In this document: piece after piece, positions 12,201 through 24,200 of the stretch | Position numbering within the stretch: position 1 is the first letter of the stretch | Layout: every line of letters begins with the position of its first letter | Origin: Haplodiscus bocki | Lineage: Eukaryota | Direction: 5' to 3' | Assembly (NCBI GenBank): GCA_965655095.1 | Contig: OZ296651.1 | Span: forward strand, 70,122,001 to 70,186,000 | Length of the DNA stretch: 64,000 nucleotides | Translations under genes and position numbers: made by a program | Notes under the pieces: model-generated | The model's database searches: none | Told to the model about the DNA's origin: nothing | Seen by the model: only the letters and a program-made list of their open reading frames with translations

Positions 12201-15200
12201 TGCAGTCAGTGGGTGAAGGGCATGTTGCGAGTAAACAAAATGTAATTATTTAAGAGTTTCCGGCAAATCAAATTATGAAAATTTGTGATGCAAAACGAAG
12301 CTCCCATCTGAATACAGGTAGACGCAAAATGTTCAAACTATTGTTATACAATAAGCACCATTGTAAACTAAATACAATTCTAAGAAATTTTTGTTTCAAC
12401 AATAAGATTTTCAGTACTCTGGGAGCATCAAATGAGAATATTGTCTAAAATATTTTTGACATTTAAAAGTACGGACCTTCAATCAGACTATTGTATTTAC
12501 TATTTACCTCTCGTGTGCACTCATCCACATGTTTTATCAACTCTTCAAACAAATTGATAAGTATGGGCCGGTCTAACACGATGTGCGAAAACGAATTTGA
12601 AAGATCGTCCACAGTAGAACTTCCACTGCTTTGACCATCCGCATCTCCAGGAGGCATTTCCACATTACTGTAACTACTGACATCATTCACTTTCGAAGAT
12701 GCCCTATCTGTGTGGTAAAACTTGCAAAACTCATTACGCGTTCCTTTGTGTCTTGGAACCGGACTTGCCTTTACACTGGTGAACTTAAACGCATCGGTGC
12801 TGACAAGGTGATTCGAAATAGAAGGGTGGAAGGATACAAGAGCAAGCTCATTGCTTTCGAGAACCGCGTTTGAAAAATCGGAGTTGTCAAGTATATCGCC
12901 AGTACCTGCGATGTCAAATAGTTTATCGTCAAAAGACGTTTGCAAATCTTCAGTGGGTGTAAGTTCGGGGATGAAGGAATAAAATGGCGGGAGAACAGTG
13001 AACTTTGACTTGGCCGCTCGTTTTCGGTCATTTTCGCAAACCTTGTTCCACAGTTTGATATGTTCTGCGTTCATGATGATCAAGTATGCATCCTCTTCTA
13101 TGTAGGGATTATCAGGAGAGCTAGTTTTACAAGGTAAGGCAGCACCTGAATCAGTTGTGTCATTAAGTTGCCTATTGAAATTCCCTGATTGCACATTGAA
13201 GGAACCAACAGGTGTAGTGTTATTAGATATGCTTGAAGGGGTTTGGCCTCCTTGGGAGAGAAAATCGGAAGAAAATTTTATGGATGAATTGAAGTTTGGT
13301 TGAGAGTCCAAAGCAGAACTCAAGGAAGGCATACTAGTGCCCATAAACACTGGGTTACTCAAATGAAAAGCACTTGGAGCAGCTTTATTAATCCTGGAAG
13401 AGGAATCTGTTTTTTCGAACGAAGAGGGACTGTCATTAGAATTGTCTGGGGACCTTCTACTCCCAGGCTGCTTGCTAACAATAGCCAGAAGCAGGTCTTT
13501 CAGCACGGTGAGATTATTAGTTAAAGTTTCTTTCACTAAATAGCAAGCCGGTTGATTTTTCAGTTGAGAGTTATCATCACCGGGGTTCAGATACTTGTCA
13601 TGAATTTCCACAAGTACATGGCTGTCTTTGATACTTCTGAAAAACTTTTCCACATTTTCAACTTCGAACAACGTACAAATTGACAAGTCTTTCAGCACCT
13701 TCGTGACAAAGCTTGATACGTTGCGCGAACATAATTGAAAGGACTTCAGTTTGAAATGAAGTTTCATCAACTCTTGGGGCGAGTTTTCACGATGGTCTCC
13801 CGCCTTCAATATCAAATTAAATTCATTGACTGTATAATTGATCTGATTTGATAGTTGCTCCAAATAGAATTTAGTGGCTCTTCTGAATGAATCTACAATT
13901 GAGTGACAGCCACCAGCAATGTAAGGTAGAACTTTACAGGTGAATTTCCAATGATATGTAGCAAAAGATCGATCAAACACCAAGATAACCTCGTTGTCGT
14001 CGTCAACACTGCAAAAGGTACTACTCCGTTAATCTGACTTAAATCAAAAACTTCTCAAAATTTCAAACTTTAGCGCGCTCAATTTAATTTTGAAAACAAC
14101 CATATTTCACCCTCTATCACAAAGAATGATTTATGGAATACTTGTTCAAGGTTTATTACAAACTTATTCATGAATAGCAAAAAAAGCACGTCATCTTTTA
14201 TCACATGAACGTTTCAATTGATAATATTCACTTGTTATATATTTTTAAGACTTTTCAATAATGAATTGAAAATATTGAACCATAAATTTTTACAATAAAG
14301 CTCAACAGTATCACGGTTCTGTCAAATCAATTTTCAACCATTCAGTTTCAAATCATTAAACCAAAAAAAAGGTGAAAATCGTTTCAATCCTAATTTTCCA
14401 AAGTTAATTTAAAGGCTACAATAATTTAGTCACTGGAAGTTATGGATTTTTTTATTCGGCAGATTTTTAACCTGTTTTTTCTAGAATTTGGAGGCGATAT
14501 ATCAGGATTAAACGAAGACGGGTTCTTGTAAGTGAAGTTCTCGTAGAAGAAGCGCGAGTAGTCTGCGAAGATCGCTTGCAGCAACTTCTCGTACTGATAG
14601 GTTTCCGTGAACAAATCAGATTTCTGCAACTGAAATAAATTATATCATTCAAGAATTATAATTTTGACCCTTTCTTGATATTTTATTTTTTTTTCACTTC
14701 GGAAGCCTTTCTGGAACAAAAACTGGGGTACACTCTACCAATGTGAATTGATAGAGCAAAATAATTAGTGATAGGAGAAAGTAGAGTGATTTACAAAGAA
14801 ACCAGTTCATAATAACACTCACTTTTCCCCGAAAAAGTAATCCATCCTGCTATCGTTTATTACAAATGTAATTTTAGATGGCCAAGTAATCATTCAAAAG
14901 TTCGGAAAATTTATTGTGTGACTTCAAAATTCGATTTGGAATTCTTGATATTCGCTGATCATATATTAACTTTTCAAAATCCAAGAAGGAATTTTATTGA
15001 ACATGACAAATTTGACAAACCAATCTTCGAACACTTTTGTTGGATTTTACTCAACAGACCTGAACAAAGTTAATTTTTGTCTACTCGTTTAGTGCGAACT
15101 CGGACTGAAAATATACAATTCAACTTTGGAAATATTTCGGTTTAAATTACAACTTGCAAGTTACATTAGTCGACTAAAGTAGCTGTCAGTACAAAATTGG

Positions 15201-18200
15201 GTGTGGGGAAGAAAAACCTTGTGTGGGGAAGAAAAACCGGAATTAGAAAAAATGAAAAGCGAAAAATTGACAACAAAGCGCCGGAAAAAACGATACACCC
15301 AGTGGAAAGAGTGAGAAACAAAAAATGCCGCAATGATCAGATGGAAAAACTAGTGCGGGATACAGAAACGATACGTTCTGACTCAGAAGACTTTTCGACA
15401 AAAAGCACATCAATGTGAGCGAGAGGCGAAAGAAAACTAACATACCAGTACAGCCACAGAAAATTTGCAGGCAAAAATTGTGAGGCTTTGGCTGAAAAAG
15501 AGGAATCAGACGAAAGAGGTAAGTGAAAATGTAGAGTGTTGGCAGGAGGAGCTGATGCTTTTGGAGGTGTCGCTTCTCCATTAAGGATTTTGAGGAGGCG
15601 GTAGTGAGGAAGGGAAAAATATTACTAGAAGAAAAGTTGGAGGCCAAAAAGTTTGGTATATAATGCAGGCAGACAGTAAATAGGAGGATTGGAAGATTGA
15701 GACCAGGATGGTCAGAGGAATTTCTGAAAGTGGAAGGTTTCAGGGCGAGTGATAGAAGTAATGTTTCAGCAGACGATTCGGTGGAAGACGTCAGCGGCAA
15801 GAATCTGGAGCGAATGGGCGCGAGAAAAGTCCAGTTCCATCTGGAACAAGAGCAAAGATAATTCACTTACCGCAGCAGGCCAATTCAAGAGCAAGATGGA
15901 CAGGCGTCAATTTTTGCACAATGAGATCCCTTGCGAAGTAACGGAGACAATTTCAAAAGCGGCAGTTCTGTTACAGTAGACAAAGACCCGAAACCTCCGA
16001 AGTTTCAACGTGAAGATCAAGCAAACTTGTGCAGCAATTGGAAGTTGTTTATGTGGATTTCAACAGAATTGAATTTGGTGAACGTATTCTGGGATTCGAT
16101 GAACACGAGATAATTAATTGGCCTGAGAATGTCCAAAATTAAGGATAAGTGACAAGAAATCAATCACAATCTAACCAGACTGGGCAAAGAGTCGGAATAG
16201 TTGGACCAGCTGGTGACCGGAGAGCTTGAGAGATCGGAAATGTAGGACACAGCAGATCTCAGATGTTGATGTTTGCAGAGTTAGAGTTGCCGGAGACGAC
16301 AGAGTTGGAGATCATGGGGCAGCAGCAAGAGGTATGATCCCATAAGATTTATCTAAAAGAACAGAATAATGAAAAATTCAATAGCAGCAGACGTTGAAAG
16401 CAACAGAGAACCGTGTCACAAAGAATGAGATGCCGGGGTATAGAGGGGAAAGGGACAACCAATAGTCACCAGAGAAATCAACGGACAGTCAAAACTACTG
16501 GAAAGCAAGTTGACATAAGTTTTCCGACGGTGGAACTACCAAAACTTCATGGAAGCATGACAAGCTTATATAAATCTGCAATTTTCTCCGGAAATGCATT
16601 CACTTGAACGAGTCAGCCCTTGACCTACAAGTCTACATACTTGACAGCAGGCTTGATAGGAAAAGCAGCAAAAAGTATCACAAGCGCTAACCACCACAGT
16701 GAAAGGGAGTTATTGAAGAGGAAATTCGGAGACAAGCAGAGGGTAGCATGCAACTTCATGAACAATGTGGTCAAGGTATCAAGTTCAGCTGAGCCGAGAT
16801 GTGTTGAGCTTAAGCTTTTTCTTCGGAAAAGTTGATGTGATCATTCGCGGTCTGAATTCTGTACAGCACACTAGATTCTCTCCTCGTTCCAATACTGTTG
16901 GACAAGCTTTATAATAAAATCAAATTACAGGTAACTAGCTTTAATTTGTCAATGGACTGGGATTTAATGAGCTTCTTCAACTTCTTGGTAAAGATGCAGA
17001 AGCAAAAGAGAAGTGAGTTTTCTCGACAGAGAGACAGGGTCTAAGGGGAAGTCTTAGGAGGTTACACTACTTCTTTGTTCGTTGGAAAGGTGCAAGAGAA
17101 CAGTTGCCTCGTCTGTTAAGGTAATCAAGGCATTAAAAGGTGCCTCGTCGTACAGGCACCAAAGGAGCCGAAAAATAATCTGATTCAGAATGGGTGTTGT
17201 TTCAAGTACTTGTTTGCTGAGTATCTATCGAGGGCTTGCAAGGAGGATAAAGGCTTTTTCAAATGCAGAATGGGCCATCATCATGCTATTTACTTAAAAG
17301 CGTTGCCGAGTACAAGAGCTTTGGGATAAATTTCAAACAGGGGTCGAAATGCGAAAACCAATTCTCGTCCGATCGCGTCCGAAAATCAATTTCGAACAGA
17401 GAACGTTTCGATGGGTTACAATCAGAAGTCTTCGTCACTTTGATCTAGCTTAAGAAGTTTGGTGCTAACCTAAACGGCGGATACAATTGTTTAGAATTGT
17501 AAGAAAATGCATTGAGAGGGAGAGCACTTCTTGATGAGTGATCTCAACCGCATTATGTAACGGAGCTCGCAGAGAGTTGTAGGTCGGAAGAATTTTACAT
17601 TGGATGTCCTCGGTTTCAATGGGGTGCAGCAGGTACAACGGAAAATATATGAGTGTTCTATCAAGAGACTGTCGGGGAAACTAGTTGCTTATCTGGTGGG
17701 GATGAACACAATCAGTTCAGCGTTGCGGAAACTAAGTAACGTTCACCCTGTGAACGGGCAGCATCGTTACTTAAGCAACCTGCTATAAGCGGCGACTTCC
17801 ACGAGGACATCGCTGGGCGTTGGCAGTTGATTTTCTGATTGGTTCAGATCTTTCCTAGTTAATTTATCACATCACATGTTTCTGATGGTTGCTGCGGTTG
17901 CAACGTTAGACGGCTGCAAAATGATGACGTTACAAACAAGTGAGGGCTGGTATCCTGGACGAGGTACCAGAAAAAGATTTGAGACAAACAAATCGTGTCA
18001 CTACGCACCACATTGAGATGATGAGAGAAGACAGAACCACCACGAAGACTAGAGTTGTCTTCGATGGTGCAACGAGGTCGTCACAGTCTGATTTTTCAGT
18101 CAATGGCTCTTCCGATGGCCGAAATTGTTGGTGTCTCTGAAGTTCTCAGGTTTATGTTGTTCCAGGTAGCGGTACTAGCAGATATGAAAAAACATTCTCT

Positions 18201-21200
18201 CACGTGTGCGTAAATCAAGAAGACATTGATACGTTGAGTTTCAGAAACGCGTTCGAAACCAGAAGAAGAGAAGAATCAAACTTCATCTAGGGAAGTGATC
18301 AAACAAGTCAGAGACCGATGAGCAGCAATGGTGTGCAAACAGTTGATTATTTTCCACGTGCACCCTTTGACTGAGTCTTCCGGATGTGAAAGAGGCCAAA
18401 GAGCTGATTCCACTCTTGAAGAACATAATAGGTGCAGCTTGGTTGGACGAGACTCAAGAAAATGGGTGCCAAGTGATTTTTGAAAAAGTAGCGGCAAAAT
18501 CTTCCGAAAGATAGCGCGTTATAGGACTGCTGGAGCTTTCACATCAGGTGCAAGACAAGATTTGGAACGGCTCTCCGAGTTTCCTGGGAAAAGTAGCAGG
18601 AAAAGACAAGCTATTGAAGCGAGATGCAAGCGGCATGGTCTCAGACGTCTATGATCTTTTGGGGGTTGGTTCACCAGAGATGGTACAGCTCAAACTTGCC
18701 TTGAAGGATCTTTGGAAAGATTTCTAGGTTTAGATGCTAATTCGCCAGAGAACAGTAGGGCGTTCAAAGAAGTCGTCAGGGAAAGAGTCGAAAAGTTTTT
18801 CATTCCAAGCCCGTTTATAGAGGTAGAAAGTAGGTATGGTAATGAGCTTCACAGCTTCGGAGACGCTTCACAAAGACTGACACAGTTACTTCCTATCGTC
18901 AATCTCCCATAAAAAGCGAAACCAATCTTTTTTGATTTCAGCCAGAATGAAGTTGTGTAGCTTGAAGTCAAAAAAATTCAAAGTTGGAGTTGAAAGCAGC
19001 ACCGTAAGCAGCCAGGCGTAAAAAAAGCGTCGAGAGCGGTTCAGATGAAGAGGTCGGATTCAACCATCGTTATCTTGGGATTCGTTCGAAACGGCCCAAC
19101 AGCAGAGTTCATTCAGCGAGCTCTGCTTGACAACAAGAAAATGTTGCATAAAGATTCATGGCATATTCACCTTCGGAGTAAAATCCCACCGACATTGTTT
19201 CAAGACTGCGGGTCGATGAGTCGCAGGCTCCGGTGCCAGGGGCTACCATAGTTATTGGGACAAACAGGAAGCAAGTAGACTTCGGGTAGGGCCGACGAAC
19301 ACGTGAAGGTTAAGGCAGTAACAGTTGCGGTTGAATTCATGAAGTTGGCTCGATGAAGAGTAGATTGCAGACATTAGAGCAACTCCTCTAAATCATTAAA
19401 GATAGTGAAACTATTGTTCAGCGTTTTAGAGCGTTGACGAAGATCAAGTTCAGACGGGGGGACTGACATGCGGAGGTGATTGCAAGTGTTACAGCAAAAG
19501 AAACTACGTAGTTCCATTAGAGGCACACACGCTAGTGAAAAGGTTATTATCATTTGGTTTCACTTACATTTGGGTAGATTTTGTGGAGTCAATGTATCTT
19601 TATGTAAGTTTTTCGATCCGCAGGTTGGTAGCAACAAAGCGAATATTTGTCATTTTACTTGTGCTAAAGCGGTTCACATTGTGGTCATGCAGAGTCTCAC
19701 TGTACCAGCAGTTCTCTGGGCAATTAGAAGGTTCGCCGATGGTTGAGAAACAGCACCATAATTCATTAGGACAAAGGGAAGACCTTTCCATGTTAAGGGA
19801 ACTGCTCAACTTAGTCACTAAATTTGAAGCAGTAGCTAACAACTAGCGTAGCGTATCTATACATCGAAGACGCTTCTGAGTGTCTTCATCTATTACCCTC
19901 GCATCTTGTCAACAGACGAGGTTTTCTGGGATCAACGGTTTTATTTTCCGAAAACAACGCACAATGCATTCAACAAGTTTTTGAAAACAATTTCAGACCA
20001 TCTTCGACCTATGCAGTCAAAAGATATGTGACTGGGTTGCATCAACGTGTCAGTTAATCTGCTTACAATTGGTCAGATCTCTTGCGGAGAAAAAACGATA
20101 GAGTCCTACTAAACGAACGGCTCCCTGGTCATTGTTGACGCATTTGGAGTTCGTCAAAACTGATATTGGGACAAGATGGTCAAGCCAGAGCAGCCGTTTG
20201 TCTCTGCTTTCTCTTGTTGTCATCTAGAAGGTATCACAAAAAAATAGGAAGCAATATATAAGGGTTCAAGACCAAGTAACCTTGTAAAGAACTGGTGTTT
20301 TTCTATGCGTTTAACGTTTCGCCCCCAATTTTATGATACAGCCCTTATATAATTTAAGCCTACGCGGGCACCGCCGACTTGACCGTTCCGTTCTTGTTCA
20401 TATGATCAACACAGTAAAAAGTAGTTTAGCGAAATTGGCCGGAACACAACTATGATGTTAATCACATTCAGCACGCAGTCCAAGTTTCAGCATTTTCAGA
20501 TAGTTTTTTATTCGAATGGCCATACAACAAACCAATCAATGCCGGAACAAAAATTTTAAGTTTATACAGAGGCGAAGCTGTGCTTCGCAACACTTGCACC
20601 AACGGAATACTAGTTAACAAATGGAACAGATAAAGCTAATTTTTGAACCGGCCACACTCAAGAAAAACTTCTGAATGAATAGCCAAACAGAAATTTAACT
20701 TAGTTATTTCTCAAAAATATGTACAAACGTAACAAATACGAGCAACTTTAGCAGTTGATTCGCCTTAAGTTTAATTAAAACACGCGTGCGCTGGAAAAAA
20801 ATGCCACGTGAACAAGTTTCTGCAACTGAGCGAGAATGCATGAACAAATTTTTGCAAAAAGCGACAGTGCATAACAAAATCTAGGAACATTAGAATGTAG
20901 GCCCAAATGCGAGTTGTGAACAAATCGAAAAAGTCGGCCGAAACCTGTGATATGACACTTGCCTGCACAAGTTTAAATTTTTCTGCTGCGCAAGTTTAAA
21001 TATTTCTGAAGATTGTTCGTTTTGGAATTAAAATTGATAAATCGATGTTTCAACGAAATGAAATTTTTGTTCTCACCAACAAGCGCCTTTGTGTCATTAA
21101 CCACTTGATCCAAGACTTTTTCAGTTTGTTCCCCTGACTTCCACACCACTGAGAACAAGTTGAACTTAAAATTATAAACTCAAGAAATGTTCAATTACAC

Positions 21201-24200
21201 TCAAGTACTTTCGGGCTCGATAAAAAAACAGATCAAATAAACTCCGCAAAATTTTTTCCGCAGACTTCTACGTTGTAACAGTGCTTCTTTACTTCGCCTC
21301 TATAAAAGCAAAACTTCGCATTTTTCAGTGATCCAATACACAGCCTAGATATTGTCTCGACAACATGAAAAACGTTGAGCCGGTAGCATTACCAGTTACT
21401 GGGCACCACCACTAACTCATAGCTTTCACAAAGGAGAGCAATCCCATATCAATAGACGTTTTCCAATTCTGAAGCATGCTCCTTGATGTTCATTTAGCAA
21501 CAACTTCGTTTTGACTTGTAGTCTCCACTTCAAAATGACACGTCAAATCTTGATAACAGTACGGAATTTCAGCTGTATGCTGGTCAAATGTATGCTGGTA
21601 CATTGTTTTTCGTAGCAGCATACATTGTGTAAACGAATTTGCTTCTGGCCCACTTGACAGTGAATATGAATACCAGGCAATTGTGAATATGAAAATTTAT
21701 CCTGGGGTCAGTTACCGTAGAAAGAAGTACTCATTACATGCCTTCATCACGCTAGCAAGTATACCATGGTTTGAAAACTGTTAACTTCTTCAAGTCGGCG
21801 ATGAAGAGAACCCAATCCCTACCGGTACAAAGTATTCCAAAAACTAAAAAACTCCGTATTCATGTGTCTCAACTGAATTGAAAGCCCAGTGCCTATGTTC
21901 ATATGGACCAATGTTGTTTACTCAATTGCTTGCTCCAGGTGTAATGCGCTATTTGTTGGCCAAACAAGTTGACATTTTACAACGCTATATGAGCACTTTC
22001 GCAGTGGTACACCACTGCATGAATACTTCGTCAGCTGTGGAGATATGCCGCCAGACCGGAATTGTGCATTCTCCAAAGTCTTTAGATTCCTTACTGACTT
22101 TGGAGGCATTACATACCAGGGATATACAGTCGCAGATTAACACCAAAGATGGGTTACGTTCTTAAACTTTGCTGCTGAGCATGGGCCGAAGAAGTGAAAT
22201 TTCCCTTGGTTTTGTGGTAAATTAAATAGTCATCCTTCTGATTCATGTGAAGTGTCGTTTTATCACATTTTTTTAGATGAAGTTTTGTTGCTAAAGATGG
22301 AAGAAAATTCCGAAATGCATTGAACCAACGCTAAGATCTGATCACGTTTTCCCCCAATTTATTATTATCCGCTCATAGTTCATGAAAAAGCTCATAGTTC
22401 ATTTGAACAAGCAAAACTTGTGCATTGAAAGTTTTATTTACTAAACTGCACCACTTCTGTCGCCGAATGCATCCAAATCGTAGGCTTTCTGAAAAAACGT
22501 TTTCTCACCCCAATTTGTAACTTTTGAGAAAAAAATCGGAAAATTGTGGTTTTCGAGTTTCAGCACCAATTTTGTTCAAACTGCAATTTTTAACGTTTTT
22601 TCCCTAGTTTGAAAGGTGGAGAATATCGCAAGTTTATCGGGTCTAGTTTAGCTTTGAACTGCCATTTCTAACTTCCAACATGGCTCCATCTGAACAACCA
22701 AACTCCGATGGTATCTCAATATCTCAATCTTTATGCTAAATTGATCGTTCATTTCTGTAAGATGTCCCAACTGCGAACATAAAATCCAAGATGCATGCAA
22801 TATTCGCAACAAATTTCAATTTAGGAAAGATTACTGCACCTTCAAAACTAACAACGGGATATTTCAACCTAACTGCCACTAATGATCACATGAAGCGGAC
22901 GTCCATTCTCAAAAATTATGAGGTACTTGGGAGGGAAAAAAGTAGACGAAGAATTGGAACAAAAGAAGAAACAATTAGAGGAGAATTTCAGTTCATTTGA
23001 GACTTCTATGCTCCGGTATCATCCCAAGGAGTGATTACCAAACACGTGATGTTGAATGAAAAGTGTTAATGAAGAAAGTGAAAGGATCAAGTTATGAGAG
23101 AGTCACGTTAATTAATGATCGGATAATATAAAGTAATGAAAAATACCCAACTACCTGATAGCTTTCTATCTAAACACAAAACATCACTTACTAATGACGA
23201 AGACAAATGGCGTTGCTGAACAAAAACGTGTTCAAAACAACGTTTGATTGGCTACAACACACGAAAGGGAAACCATTATGGTATTACACACATTAAGCAT
23301 TGCATTACTTCACACTAAGGAAGACTTTGCATTCAACAGAGGGAGCTTTAAGAGAAGAGGAGCATTCGGTGTTCCTTACTGCTTTGCATATTAATTTATC
23401 AAAGAAGCCCAGTAGTCTCTAGAATATTTTTCTTCGTTTCTTCTACATCAACAAATTTTAAACCAAGAAAAAAATTTACTGACGAATTACGGAAAACGTT
23501 TTTGAAATTTTCCGCCATATTTCAATATGGGTGGAAAATCATGCACTCAACGCGTACTTTTTTTACGTTTACTTGCCAACTGCACGAAGCGATAATCGTG
23601 CAGATTCTGTCTTCGAATTTCTTCCACCAGCAAAAAGTAGCAAATTTACAGTAGAATGAGATTTCTAAAACGAACATTTCTAAAAAAAACAAAGTGAAGT
23701 TTTCATGAAAAAACTCAATTTTTTTATAGGAAAAGATAGCGAACTTGCTGTAGAATTCGAATAAAGTAGGAACACTTCCTTAAACCTCTTTTTTTGTCCA
23801 AAACTTGCGTTTTTTAAAAAGCTGAAAAATTCGGGAGGTGTAAAATTTGCTGCAGAAAACATAGAAGTGTTACTTTGCTGAAAAAAAAGTTTGCTAAAAG
23901 CTGAAAGGCGGATAATGTCCCGGTGGTAGTGCGTGTTTTGCTGGTTTTTCCACTCGGAAACCTGCCTGAAAATGACAGAACTTTCGCTCTTTACACTTCT
24001 TGAATGAACAAAATAATGTCTGCTGAGAGCCACCTTGTGAGATTTTTCTACGGGACTTGCAATATAAAAGAAAGGAAGGTAATGTAACACACTTCTACAT
24101 ACTATTTTGAAGTTTTCTCGCAAGTTGACATTTTGCTGACGAGTCCAATTTTGACATTTCTATTCGTTTTATGTAATTTCAAATGCATCCCTTACATGAA

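Noticed and set aside
14017-14460. Merlin-like terminus GGTACTACTCCGTTAATC next to a splice acceptor
   Set aside because: No convincing partner TIR or TSD was found.
15243-15866. 207-aa hydrophobic minus-strand ORF
   Set aside because: It is the antisense shadow of the purine-rich decayed retrotransposon 5' region and is not needed in the exon chain.
15176-20350. LTRs or inverted ends around the BEL/Pao relic
   Set aside because: No direct-repeat pair was recognised, and the short inverted similarity at ~15180 and ~20325 is too weak.
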